Below, piece by piece: positions 47,876-61,800 of a stretch of DNA of 64,000 nucleotides. Numbering within the stretch: position 1 is the first letter of the stretch; the number at the start of each line of letters is the position of its first letter. The stretch spans positions 2,356,001 through 2,420,000 of the forward strand of contig NC_135815.1 of NCBI RefSeq assembly GCF_964213995.1, in the 5' to 3' direction. This DNA comes from Mustelus asterias (taxonomy: Eukaryota). A program made the position numbers and the translations under genes. Below the pieces are notes generated by a model. That model made no database searches. It had not been told where the DNA came from and was given only the letters and a program-made list of their open reading frames with translations.

Positions 47876-50800
47876 GTGTGTCCCCTTACGTCCTGACCTC
47901 AGTGAATTCAGGACTCGACACAATGCTGAACTCATCTTCCATCTCCTTCATCTCCATGCACACTTTATCTCCACGCACACTTTATCTCCACGCACACTTT
48001 ATCTCCTCGCACACTTCTTTGTGGAGTTTATTCTTACACAATTCTTTAAACAAGGGTGTAACATTTGGAATTCTCCAGTTTATTTGATACAATCATAGAA
48101 TCCCAACAGTGCACCGAACCAGCACATCTGCGGGAGGAAACCGGAGCACCCGGAGGAAATCCACGCAGACACGGGGAGAACGTGCAGACTTTGCACAGAC
48201 AGTGACCCGAGGCCAGAATTGACACTTGGAAATATGATATTATTGCTATCACAGAGACATGGCTGAGGGAGGGGCAGGACTGGCAGCTCAATAATCCGGG
48301 GTATGGAATCGTCAGGTGAGATGGGGGCACGGGGAGATTGTAAAAGAGGAGGTGGTGTCGCAATATTGACCAAGGGATCAATGGCTGCAGTGAGGAGGGA
48401 TGATATCTTCGCAGGATCCTCAAATGAGGACGTGTGGGTGGAATTTAAAACCAAAAAGGGCACAGTCACTTTGCTGGGAGTGTTCTATAGACCCCAAACA
48501 GTCAGGGAGAGAGAGAGCAACAGATATGTAGAGAAATCTCAGAGAAATATAAAAATAATAGGGTAACAGTGGTTGGGGATTTCAACTGTCCCAATATGAA
48601 TTGGGATAGGCAGAGTTTGAAAGGCTTAGAGGGGGTGGAATTCTGAGAGTGCACCCAGGAGAGCATCCAGGAGGCAGGGGTTGGAGGTGTCAGTGGGGGA
48701 GCAGAGCCAATATCACTCTGGGACCCTGACTCCTTCCACATCCTTACTCCCCAAATTTCCATGACCTTACCTGGCCTTGGTGGGATCACACCTGGAGTAT
48801 TGTGTACAGGTGTGATCTGCTTATCTAAGAAAGAATCTAGTTGCCACAGAGGGAAAGCAGAGAGGGTTCACCTGACTGATTGCTGAGATGGTGGGATTGT
48901 CGTATGAGGAGAGATTGGGCCTGTATTGACTGGAATTTGGAAGAATGGGAGGGGATCCCATTTAAACATATCCTTGGGTAAGATTTTAAGGATGGCGAGT
49001 GATTGGCGCTCACCATCGCTACATTCAGAGCGTAACGCACAGCGGCCGACTCTCAAACTGCGACTGCCCTTTAACGCTCCCTGTAACAGAACGGGAGCGG
49101 AAAATCCCTGCCTATGATTCCCATTGACCCCAGTTTTGCTAGGGCACCTTGATCCCACACTCAGTCAAATGCTGCCTTGATGTCGAGGGCAGTCACTCTC
49201 ACCTCACCTGGAGTTCAGCTCTTTTGTCCATGTTTGAACCAAGGCTGTAATGAGGTCAGGAGCTGAGTGACCCTGGCAAAACCCAAACTGGGCGTCACTG
49301 AGCAGGTTATTGCTGAGTAAGTGCCTCTTGATTGCACTGTTGATGACCTCTTCCATCACTTTGCTGATGATTGTACAATATATGTTTCAGAGCTTCTCTG
49401 TCTCAGATGGAGATGTGGTTTACAATTTCACAGAGACACTCTTCAATTCTTCAATCCCGAAACCCGAGCGTGATGGCAGGTTGGTGATGGTGAGAATCAA
49501 TGTTGTGTGGAACGGTTCACAGGAGGACATGAATACATTGACATCACGGATTTATCATTGGAAAATTCACTTTGACATCGGTATTCCATTTTGGGAAGTA
49601 AAATAAGGAGATCAGATTGCTTGGAAATGTAGAATGCAAATAGATATGGGGGGATCTGGGAGAATGAACACACAGGTCACTGACAGGGATGGCACAGACC
49701 AATAAGGACATCACAAAAGCAAAACAAAGGCTGAGTTTTATTTCTCGAGGGATAGGATTGAAAAATAGTGACGTTTCGTTGAGCTGTTATCAATCCTCAC
49801 TTCCTCACCATTTGGGCCACAGTGTACATTCCTGGTCACCATTTTAGAAAGAAGATGGAACGGCTTTGAAGAAGGTACAAAGAGGATTTACAAAGATCAC
49901 ACCAGGACTGGAAATTATTCCAGTCAGGAAAAGATTATTGGGCTGGGTTCTTTTCTCTTGAAAAGAAAAGACAAATGATTATTTAAAAATTCATTCACGG
50001 GGTGTGGGTGTCACTGGCTGGACCAGCATTTATTACCCATCACTAACGAGCCTCCATTTCAGAAGGCATTGTTCAGAGCCAACCACATTGCTGTGGCTCT
50101 GGAGTCACATGTAGACCAGACCAGGTAAGGACAGCAGATTTCCTTCCCTAAAGGACATGAGTGATCTAATGGAGATGTTTAAAATGATGGAAGGTTTTGA
50201 TAGCGTGACAGAGAGAGTCTCTATTTGTGGAGAAGAATGAAAACAGAGACCATCGATATCAGATAGTCACTAATTAATCCAATGGGAAATTCAGAAGAAA
50301 GATCTTTCCCCAGAGAGTGGTCAGAATGTGGAACTCACAGCAAGTGGCTCAAGTGTTCCGATGCAGCTGATGTTACTGCTGAACAAGTCAGAGCCCAGGG
50401 TGGAAGCCGGCTTGATGGATATTTTATTTAGATCCATGGATGGAGCTGCTGAACAGAGTCACAGGACTGCCAATCAACTCTTAACAAAAGATCAAACATT
50501 TATTCAGGAAATGATTGGCGATAACACACTATTCCTTCACCCAGCTAGACTTTTCAGATATGTACAGATTGTTAGGGATAACGCAAGTGACGAAATCCTT
50601 TCTTCAACTCGAATATACTCAGTAAGTACGCAGTCCATATAAACCAAGAGAAAAGTTGTGGTCGGACATCCCACACTCTGAAACTAAGTGACAGATGCCA
50701 CCAAAACAACTTCTGTAGATTTCTCATCCATGCCGCCGCATTGTCCCACATTTTCTAGCAGTTTCTGAGAGAGCTGCTTACTCCTGGGTTACTTTCTTTC

Positions 50801-51159
50801 AACTGAACTAACTGCTCTGACTGTCTCTGTGTGGCCCCTGGTTACTGAGCAATTGCCTCTTTATTTAACCCTGTATTAGCTTTAACATTGTAAAACCATC
50901 ATTACAATGCAGACATCTTAACCATGGTATAGACTTGCAAACAACTTTTAAAAATGAAACTAAAATTGAAGATTTCACCCTTTTAGCACAAATACAGAAT
51001 TACAGAATTAAGCTTAATTGAAGCAATAACTTATTTCAAAGACCCACAAATACAAATATAAATGATTTAAAACCGGCTCCATTTCCTCATTGAAGCCATT
51101 GGCATCGATACAGTTAAGGGAATGTTCGCCAGCAAATAAGGAAGAGTGGTGGGAATTTT

Positions 51160-51955
51160 TTAATTCATTCACGGACATGGGCGTCGCTGGCTGGTCTGCA
51201 TTTATTGCCCATTCCTAGTTGCCCTTGAGAAGGTGGTGGTGAGCTGCCTTCTTGAATCGCTGCAGTCCATGTGCTGTGGGTTAACCCTCAATGCTGTTAG
51301 GGAGGGAATTCCAGGATTGTGACCCAGCGACTGCGAAGGAACGGTGATATATTTCCAAGTCAGGATGGTGAGTGGCTTAGAGGGGAACCTACAGCTGGTG
51401 GTGTTCCCCAGTATCTGCTGCCCTTGTCCTTCTAGATGGAAGTGGTCATGGATTTGGAAGGTGCTGTTCAAGGATCTTTGGTGAATTGCTGCAGTGCATC
51501 TTGTAGATGGTACACACGGCTGCTACTGAGTGTCGGTGGTGGAGGGAGTGAATGTTTGTGGATGTGGTGCCAATCAAGCGGGCTGCTTTGTCCTGGATGG
51601 TGTCGAGCTTCTTGCGTGTTGTTGGAGCTGCACCAATCCAGGCAAGTGGAGAGCATTTTATCACATTCCTGACTTGTGACTTGTAGTTGGTGGAAAGGCT
51701 TTGGGGAATCAGGAGGTGAGTTACTATTTGTAAAATTCCCAGTCTCTGACCTGCTCTGGTGATCACAGTGTTGATATGGCCAGTCCAGTTCAGTGTCTGG
51801 TGAATGATAACCTCCATTGATGTTGATAGTTGAAGATTCAGTGATGGTGATGTCATTGAATGTCAAGGGGAGATGGTTAGATGCTCGCTGGTTGGAGATG
51901 GTCTTTGCCTGGCACCTGTGTGGTGTGAATGTTACTTACCACTTGTCAGCCCAAG
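51160..51955 (-). mobile_element. CR1/L2-clade LINE 3' fragment
   Basis: KKLDTIQDKAARLIG..SLHHRHSVAAVCTIYKMHC; homologous to 30400-30715. Confidence 0.75.
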
Positions 51956-52109
51956 ACTTGTCGCACAAATCCCATTTTCCAGCTCTGGTCCCATAACCTT
52001 GAATGTTCGGATATTTCAAATGCTCATCCAAGTATTTTTTCAAGGTTGTAAGATTTCTGGCTTCCACAACCTTCCCAGGCAGTGCATTCCAGATTCCCAC
52101 CATCCTCTG

Positions 52110-52397
52110 GGGTGGCACAGTGCCACAGTGGTTGGCACTGCTGCCTCACAGTGCCAGGGACCCGGGTTCAATTCCTGGCTTGGGTGACTGTCTGTGCGGA
52201 GTCTGCATGTTCTCCCTGTGTCTGCGTGGGTTTCCTCCGGGTGCTCCGCTTTCCTCCCACAAGTCCGAAAGGCGTGCTGGTTAGTTGCATTGGCCATGCT
52301 AAATTCTCCCTCCGTGTTCACGAACAGGCGTCGGAGTGTGTTGACTAGGGGATTTTCACAATAGCTTCATTGCAGTGTGAATGTCAGCCTACTTGTA
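52110..52397 (+). mobile_element. HE1-type SINE
   Basis: tRNA head with A/B boxes and V-domain core. Confidence 0.85.
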
Positions 52398-53600
52398 GAA
52401 CCATAGAAAACCATAGAAAATTACAGTTCAGAAACAGGCCTTTTGGCCCTTCTTGTATGTGCCGAACCATTTTTTGCCTAGTCCCACTGACCTGCACTTG
52501 GACCATATCCCTCCACACCCCTCTCATCCATGAACCCGTCCAAGTTTTTCTTAAATGTTAAAAGTGACAGCATTTACCACTTTATCCGGCAGCTCATTCC
52601 ACACTCCCACCACTCTGCGTGAAGAAGCCCCCCCTAATATTCCCTTTAAACGTTTCTCCTTTCACCCTTAATCCATGCCCTCTGGTTTTTTTCTCCCCTA
52701 GCCTCAGCGGAAAAAGCCTGCTTGCATTCACTCTATCTATACCCATCAAAATCTTCATAGAATCATAGGAACCCTGCAGTACAGAAAGAGGCCATTCGGC
52801 CCATCGAGTCTGCACCGACCACAATCCCACCCAGGCCCTACCCCCATATCCCTACATATGTTACCCACTAATTCCTCTAACCTACGCATCTCAGGACACT
52901 AAGGGGCAATTTTAGCATGGCCAATCAACCGAACCCGCACATCTTTGACTGTGGGAGGAAACCCACGCAGACACGAGGAGAATGTGCAAACTTCTATCTT
53001 CTTGTTCAAAATCTTATACACCTCTATCAAATCTCCCCTCAATCTTCTACGCTCCAGGGAATAAAGTCCCAACCTATTCAATCTCTCTCTGTAACTCAGC
53101 TTCTCAAGTCCCGGCAACATCCTTGTGAACCTTCTCTGCACTCTTTCAACCTTATTTACATCCTTCCTGTAACTAGGTGACCAAAACTGTACACAATACT
53201 CCAAATTCGGCCTCACCAATGCCTTATATAACCTTACCATAACACTCCAACTTTTATACTCGATACTCCGATTTATAAAGGCCAATGTACCAAAGGCACT
53301 CTTTACGACCCTATCCACCTGTGACATCACTTTTAGGGAATTCTCTACCTGTATTCCCAGATCCCTCTGTTCAACTGCACTCTTCAGAGTCCTACCATTT
53401 ACCCCGTATGTTCTTCTTTGGTTTGTCCTTCCAATGTGCAATATCTCACACTTGTCTGCGTTAAATTCCATTTGCCATTTTTCAGCCCATTTTTCTAGTT
53501 GGTCCAAATCCCTGTGGAGGCTTTGAAAAACTTCCTCACTGTCCACTACACCCCAATCTTTGTATCACCAGCAAACTTGCTGATCCAATTTAGCACATTG
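52397..53600 (-). mobile_element. CR1 3' portion with a nested truncated SINE (52756-53005, 10-bp TSD TCAAAATCTT)
   Basis: RT C-terminal ORF 52899..53546; TSD at 52746-52755 / 53006-53015. Confidence 0.85.
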
Positions 53601-56035
53601 TGACTAATAAATAAACTTTACTCTGAGTGAAAAAGCTTTTTCTCAAATCCCCTCTGAATCTCCTGCCCCTCACTCTAAAACTCTGCCCCCTTGTGAATGA
53701 CCCCTGAACCAAGGGGAACAGCTGCTTCCTGCTCACCCTGTTAATCCCCCTCATAATCTTATACACCTCAATCTGACTGCACCTTTACCCCCTCAGCTGC
53801 CCCACCAGCATCTGATAGTCCTCCCATCCCATCTATCTCTCCACACCCTCTAACAGCCTCCCCCACATCCTGACACCTCTCATTGACTCTAACCCCCTCC
53901 CCCGCCTTCGCCAGCAGCTGGTTTCCAGATAAGAGCCTATGAGAGGAGAGGTGATCCGACTCAATTGCCATTCTGCCCGATACTACAGCCCAATATCTGA
54001 TATGTCACTGATACCAAGTTTCAACTAACTGACATTCACACCATCCTGAGACTCCAGTCTGACTCTAAGTGGGTGCTGAAGAGCAAACCTGTCCAACACA
54101 CAACCCAGGGGGCTGCAGTGTGACCTCCTACATCTTCCCCCTACATCTTCCTTAAACTTTCCCTCTCTCACCTTGAACCTGTTCCCCCTTGTAATTGACA
54201 CTCCCATCCTTGGAAAAAGCCTCTGACTGTCCACCCTGTCTGTGCCTCTCATAATTTTGTAAACCTCCATGAGGTCTCCCCTCAGCCTCTGCCTTTCCAG
54301 TGAAACAATCCCAGCCTATTCAACCTCTCCTCATAGCCAACATCCTCAAGACCAGGGAACTTCCTGGTGAACCTTCTTCGCATTCTCTCCAAAGCTTCCA
54401 CATCCTTCTGGTAGTGCAGTGAAGGGGGCGGGGGGGGGGGGGGGGGCTGCGGGGGGGGCGGGTGCGGGGGGGGTGATCAGGAGGCTGAATAGCCTCCTCC
54501 TGTACTGTAGGGATTCTATGATCTATGACTGCCCTGGTTCCGACAGAGCTTGTTGAAGAATGAAGCATGAAATTACATTCCACTGAAACTATAGCAGAGG
54601 AACAGGCCCTGCACCCCATGTAGCCTGCAACAACACGACACAATTGTAAACTAAAGACCTTTTGTCTCTACGTGGTCCCTATCGCTCTATTCGCTGCTTA
54701 TTCATGGATCTGTCAAGATGCCTCTTAAACGTTGCTATTGTATCTGCTTCCACCACCTCCTCTGGCAGCGCATTCCAGGCACTTGCCACTCTCTGTACAA
54801 GCAAACTGATCTCTCACATCTCCTTTAAACTTTCCCCCTTTTACCTTAAACCAATGTCCCCGAGTAATTAACATTTCTACCCTGGGAAAAAGACTCCGAC
54901 TATCATTCTATCCGTGCCTCTCATAATTGTGTAAACTTCTATCAGGCCACCCCCTCAACCTCCAAAGTTCAAGTGTTCTAATCACCTCTTTCTGCTCCAC
55001 AATCTCTCTGCCCCCTTCTCCCTCACAGACACAACAAGCCTCCTTTCAATGTAATATATCCACTGGCTTCAACCATTCCTCTGAATCGATTTGATTTATC
55101 ATTGTCACATGTATCTGGATACAGTGAAAAGTATTGTTTTTTGAGTGCTATGCGGACAAAGCATACCGTTCATAGAGTACAGAGAGGGGAAAGAAAGGAG
55201 AGGGTGTAGAATATAGTGTTACAGTCATAGCTAGTGTGTAGAGAAAGATCAGCTTAATATATGATAGGACCATTCAGAGGTCTGATGGCAGCAGGGAAGA
55301 AGCTGTTTTTGAGTGACTGTGCGATCTACATTCTCATCACTGCCTGTTATCTGTCAGAGCTGCTTTTATTCTGGAACAGTTTCTTCAAATCCTTCCCATC
55401 AATTCCCTTCAGCATTCAGTAATTTCCTGACTGAGTTAGATTCTGAATAGAATACTCACAGCACAACACGAAAGAGGGGAGAGATACAAAAGAGTCCAGA
55501 GGGGCAATTCTTTCACACAGAGGGTGGTGAGTGTCTGGAACAAGCTGCTCGAGGTAGTAACAGAGGCGGGTACAATTTTGTCTTTTAAAAAGCATTTAGA
55601 CAGTTACATGGGTAGATGGGTACAGAGGGATATGGGCCAAATGCGGGCAATTGGGACTGGTTTAGTGGTAAAAACTGGGCAGCATGGACAAGTTGGGCAG
55701 AAGGGCCTGTTTCCATGCTGTAAACCTCTATGGCTCTATAACCCTGATATTAACATTATGATACAACACTCTCTATCAACAAGAGTACCGTGTAAACACG
55801 CTGCTATTCTTTACTGAAATGCAAAGTAACCATTCAACACATTAATTCTCTGACAGACACACATAATCATAATGATTGAAGTCCAGTCGGGTGAAAGGCG
55901 GTCACTGGGGGCAGAATGTCTCGTTGTTTAACCATAGATGACATCACCACCACAGGGCTCTGTAAAACCCACAATACACCGCTAGCAACATGAACCAGGG
56001 CGACATTCACACGAGTTCAATCAGCCTGTACTGAT

Positions 56036-56087
56036 CAACAGCAGCACAGAGGGTTGGCATGGTGACAAAGAGAATAATAAGCATCAT
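56036..56087 (-). pseudogene. Paralogous leader exon MMLIILFVTMPTLCAAV with mutated donor (ATCAGT)
   Basis: Same 52-nt length; aligns codon for codon with the 33006/58982 leaders; flanking intron and promoter also similar. Confidence 0.6.
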
Positions 56088-56924
56088 TTTGGGTGATTAG
56101 TTTACAAAATGTTTGTCCATATCCGTGCAATGCATCTAACTGTAACTGGAAAAATCTTTCTGACCAGTGGTTGCAGTAAAACATTGAGAGGAAATAGGAA
56201 ATAGACAGCGTGTAGCTTTATCAAGAAAACCAGCTATCTGCAGGATCACACATGAACCACAATGGTTTTTAACATGGTACATGCTGGAACAGTTCAAACA
56301 CAAGAGATATCAGAACCAAGACTGCAGCCAGCAGAGTAAATGACCCTTTCCCTGTCCTTCTGAAATGTAATTAACTCATTGGAAACGGTAATTGTGAGAA
56401 TCGGCTGATTGGCTTCTCCCTGCTTCCTGGCTGACACCAATACAGAGCGATTACTGAGATCCTGGGAATCTCCTGAAGCGATATGGGGAGGGGGATTCTG
56501 AAAAACATCAGGTAGGTTTCTTTATTATCACTTTGGAAAAGTTACAAAGCAAATATGCAGAGTGGGCAGAACAAGCTCTTAATCCATCTCCTTGCCTGCT
56601 CCAAAACCCAATTCAAATTCAAATGGAATCCAATTCATTGTCTCTACGAGGGATACAAGCAAGGCCCAAGCTGAGAAGATGGAGCTTTGCATCTGATCTC
56701 ACTTTTGATCTGAGCCAAAAGACCCCATCAGGTAATCAGTGTGCCAGGATTATCCATTCTTAAAAAGAGGCAATCTGTATTTAAATAACACCCCTCACAT
56801 TCTCAGAATTCTCCAATCTTTACCATCAATGAAGGACTTTGTCTCAAGTGTAGTCACTGCTGTAGAAGAGGAAATGAGGCAGGTCATTTGCAGGGAACCA
56901 GATCCCACAACCAACAACAGGAGA

Positions 56925-57238
56925 ATCACAGAATCATAGAATCCCTACAGTGCAGAAGGAGGCCATTCGGCCCATCAAGTCTGCACCGACCACAATCCCA
57001 ACCAGGCCGTATCCCCTTATTTATCCGACTAAACCCCTGACAAAAAGGGGCAATTTAGCATGGCCAATCAACCTAACCCGCACATTTTTGGAATGCGGGA
57101 AGAAACCGGAGCACCCGGAGGAAACCCACACAGACACGGGGAGAACGTGCAAATTCCACACAGACAGTGACTCAAGCCGGGAATCGAACCCGGTTCCCTG
57201 GCGCTGTGAGACAGCAGTGCTAACCACTGTGCCACCCC
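56925..57238 (-). mobile_element. HE1-type SINE
   Basis: Similar to 16220-16564. Confidence 0.88.
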
Positions 57239-57699
57239 CGGATGACCAGATAATTTATTTCAGTGATGCTAATTGAGGGATAAATATTGCCAAGAATGCT
57301 GGAGAGAGCCCCCTTACTCTTCTGGGTGGGTAAGGTAAATTGTGGGGTGGGGGGGATCGGTTGATCGGGGTTTGGGCACAGCAGGTAGTCAGGAGTGTAA
57401 CCTTGAGGAGGGGGCAGTCTGGATGGGTCAGGATAGCCTGTAGAATTGGGAGCAGTTAGGTGGTTTGGGAGGTGTGGTGGGGGAGTTGTCGTCAAGGGGT
57501 CTTGTGGGATATTGGTGGGGGAGGCGGGGTCAGTACCATATTTACCCAGGAGTTAGATGTGGTTTTAATCCTTCGAACCATTACTGGGAACTATTCTGCT
57601 CAGTGAATCAGATCCGTCTGAAATCTGCAATTTAAATTGAAAGAATGGATGTTTCCCAGTACAGGGTTTGAAAGGAAGTTTCAACTTCCCAAGTCATTC

Positions 57700-58205
57700 C
57701 TATTCAAAGAGAAAAAGGAAGCATTTGTCAAAGCTAGGAGGCTGGGAACACACAAAACAAGTGTGGAATACAAGGAAAGTAGAAAGAAACTTAAGCAAGG
57801 AGTAAGGAGGGCTAAAAGGGGTCACGAAAAATCATTGGCCAGCAGGATTAAGGAAAATCCCAAGGCTTTTCATACATATATAAAGAGCAAGAGGGTAGCC
57901 AGGGAAAGGATTGGCCCACTCAAGGACAGAGAGTGAATCTATGTGTGGAGCCAGAGGAAATGGGCGAGGTTTTAAATGGGTAGTTTGCATCAGTATTCAC
58001 CAAAGAGAAGGACTTGGTGGATGATGAGTCTGGGGAAGGGTGTGTAGATAGTTTGGGTCATGTTGAAATCAAAAAGGAGGAGGTATTGGGGTTCTTGAGA
58101 AACATTAAGGTAGACAAGTCCCCAGGGCCTGATGGGGTATACCCCAGAATACTGAGAGAGGCAAGGGAGGAAATTGCTGGGGCCTTGAGAGAAATCTTTG
58201 TATCT
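57700..58205 (+). mobile_element. CR1 ORF2 internal fragment
   Basis: [16 protein letters not shown] motifs. Confidence 0.85.
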
Positions 58206-58712
58206 TCGCTGTACCGCAAGCCCACAGATAACCTCACAATGCTCCACATCTCCAGCTTCCACCCTAAACACGTTAAAGAAGTCACCGCCTATGGACAAGC
58301 CCTCCGAATACACAGGATCTGCTCAGATGAGGAGGATCGCAACAGACGCTGAAAGATGACCTCATTAGAAAAGGATATGGTGCCCCACTCATCGATCGAC
58401 AGTTCCAACGCGCCACAGCGAAAAACCACACCGACCTCCTCAGAAGACACGGCAGACAGTACTTCCCCAGAGCGGAGAAGCTACGACATCTTCTCTGGAG
58501 CCTTCAACCTGTCATCGATGAAGACGAACATCTTGCCAAGGCAATCCCCACACCCCCACTTCTTGCCTTCAAACCACCGCACAACCTCAGACAGACCATT
58601 GTCCGCAACAAACTACCCAGCCTTCAGGAGAACAGTGACCACGACACCACACAACCCTGCCACAGCAACCTCTGCAAGACGTGCCGGATCATCGACACGG
58701 ATGCCATCATCA
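58206..58712 (+). mobile_element. Penelope-like fragment fused to the CR1 fragment
   Basis: SLYRKPTDN..YGQALRIHRICS; homologous to 45318-45731. Confidence 0.85.
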
Positions 58713-58801
58713 TGTAAACCGACCCATAATGGAGAACTGGCACTGAATATATAATTAGATTCATTCTAAATTAAACCTCTCACTTTGAAAGGTTCCACCC
58801 A

Positions 58802-61800
58802 GAAAGGGGAGCAGCCATTGGCTCACTGTCACCGCTTCCTCTTTATCTACTCTTTAACTTCCTTCGCTGGTGAAGAAAAGGATATTAAATCAGCTGCAGT
58901 TGCTGGGACACTTTGTGTTTCAATGTGTTTACTGGACATACAGTAAACGGTGTGGAGAAACAGGATTGTCACTCTGTCAAGATGATCAGTGATACTCTTT
59001 TTGCTGTGACTCTGTCCCTCTGTGTTTCTGGGGGTAAGTACAAGTTATAGTTTGGTTTGGAGAAGTTTCACTTGTTATAAAATAACTCTCCCTGGTTTGT
59101 GCTGCTGAGTGTGTCGGCTCCTGTATTGTGTGTGGATTCGACAGTTAGAACATTCAGAACTGGAGATGAGCCTTACAGGAGAATTTATCACTGTATTGAG
59201 ATAGTTTCGTGTATCTGACACAGAATTACACAGGCTGGGAACACGGGTCACAGAACTGAGAGTTCTGCCATTCTTTCCTGTTTCATGTGACAATGGGTTT
59301 GGGTGACAGTCTGTACATTAAGTGGGTGTATTTGTGGGCACTGCGAGGCAGCAGTGTTAACCACTGTGCCACCGTGCCACCCCACCACTAGCAACACTAC
59401 CCCATCTCCTGTTTCTTTTTTCCTGCACTTCCTAAATGTTGAATATCCTTGAACATTCAGTCCCCAGCCTTGGTCACCCAGCAGCCGTGTCTCCGTAATG
59501 CCTATTAGATCATTCCTGTTTGCTTCTCTTTGTGTCATCAATTCACCTATTTGTTGTGAATGCTGTGAGCATTCAGACAGAGTGCTTTTCATTCTGTATT
59601 TTGAACATTATTGGGTATTTTGACTTGATTTGATGCAGGCCTTTGTTTCTGCAGCCTTCGATTATTGATTTTCAAATTCCCATTCCAAGCTTTGTTTTTC
59701 TCCCATCTGAATTCCCCGCCAGGATTACTCAGGCTGCGACCTTATTGGCTGATGTTTCCTACATTTAAACAGTGACTACACTTCAAAAGAAGGTCATTGT
59801 CTGGAAAGCACCTTGAGATGTTGAGTAGGTGTGAGGTGTGCTGTATGATTACAAGTCTTTCTTGCTTTTACTACCAGATTATTAATGATTTCTGGCTCAT
59901 TACGAAATCAAATATGTCCCTTAATGTGTCTGAAACATATTCAGAAACTGTTCAATCCACAGCAATTCCTGGCCATGAGCTCACCCAGCGACATGGAACG
60001 TTGTTACTGATAGAGATTAGAAGCTCGCAACAGTCTCAGTAAATTCCCAGACAGAGGTTTCAGATCAGATGGGAAACGAGAGTATAACTAGTACACAGCA
60101 ACAAGCCACATTCTGTCATCAAATCCACAAAATCACCAGTTATACTCGAACCTCAACACCATGACAAGTGAATTGCAGGTTGTAATGTCTAAGGTGTGTT
60201 TCCCTCACCGTTCAGTGATAATACCACAGCATCATGTTCAATCCTTTTTCCTTTGTCTGGGGAAGTTCATTGTGTCTCTCACCAGCTCATTCTCTGTTGG
60301 CCCGAGACTGCTCTGACCGGGATCTTGTTTTGTATCAGAAGGTCTGATTGTTGCCCCTGTCCCTGTTCTTGTGTTCCACCTTAGTTTCTCAAAGCTTTTG
60401 AGTTACCCTGGAATGTTTTTCTCTCCTGTTGCTGCTACGGTGGCACAGTGGTTAGCACTGCTGCCTCACAGTGTCGGGGACCCGGGTTTGTTTCCGGCCT
60501 TGGGTAACTGTCTGTGTGGAGTTTGCACGTCCTTCCCATGTTTGTATGCGTTTCCTTCGGGAGCTCTGGTTTACTCACACACTCCAAAGATATTTAGGTT
60601 AAGTTGATTGGCTAAATTGCCCCTTAGTGTCCTAAGATGACTAGGTGAGGTGGATTGGAAATGGTAAATCTTTGGTGTCATGGGGATAGGGCCTGAGTAT
60701 GATGTTCTTTTGGAGAGTCTGTGCAGTCTCGATGGGCCGAATAGCCTCCTTCTGCACTGCAGTGATTCTGTGATTCTATTCTATACTGCTGTGCTAATTC
60801 ATTTTGTGTTCCGCACTGACCCTCTTTATTCTGCTCTTTTGCTGCCTGGTTACAGATTTCTGAATCTATTTTGGTGAAGTGCTACCTCATTGATTTCCTG
60901 TCAGTTTGGGTCTATCTGCTCCATCTTGTCTTACTTTCATTTCTAATGACAGGATTTGGATTTCCCTGTCAGCGAACCTCCACTGCTGCCTGAAACTCTC
61001 TTCCCACTTTCCCTCCGAGTGTTTGAATTGCTGAAGCTCTGCTTCATTTTGTCCCAGGATTCTTCGCTTCAGTTCAGTGGCTGCAAGAGTCGAGTGACTG
61101 AGATCATCTAGAGTTGAGTTTTCACTGCTGCAAACCTCTCCGTTCGCAGCTCCAGCTGTCCAGCTTGGTTTCCCCATTCTTGTTATCACATCCTTCCGTA
61201 GCAGCTGAGTTTTGGGGAATGAGTGTTTTTCTTTCATTCCAAGTGGGTGTCGCTATAAGACCAGCGTTTATTGTCTATCCCTAATTGCCTTTGGGATGGT
61301 GGTGGTGAGCTATGTAGCTAGACAAATACTGTGGATACAAGAGCAGCTTAGGGAACAGATATGCTGCACAGAATAACTCACCACCTGACTCCCCAAAGCC
61401 TGTCCACCAAGGCACAAGTCAGGAGTGTGATGGAATACTCCCCACTTGCCTGGATGGGTGCAGCTCCAATAACACTCAAGAAGCTCAACACCATCCAGGA
61501 CAAAGCAGCCCGTTTGATTGGCACCCATCCACCACCTTCAACATTCACTCCCTCCACCAGTGGAGCACAGTGACAGCCGTGTGTACCATCTACAAGATGC
61601 AGTGCAGCAACTCACCAAGGCTCCTTCGACAGCAGCTTCAAAACTCGATTTGATTTGATTTGATTTATTATTGTCACATGTATTCGTCTTCAGTGAAAAA
61701 TATTGTTTCTTGCGCGCTATACAGACAGAGCATACCGTACATAGAGAAGGAAAGGAGAGAGTGCAGAATGAAGTGTTACATCATAGCTCGGGTGTAGAGA

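Noticed and set aside
49470-49510. LILTITNL on minus strand as a second V domain
   Set aside because: No DxAxYYC or upstream Cys/Trp; stops nearby
59797-60042. Conserved-looking ORF pairs across the two arms
   Set aside because: Identity reflects recent duplication; the acceptor there gives an immediate stop in the leader's phase
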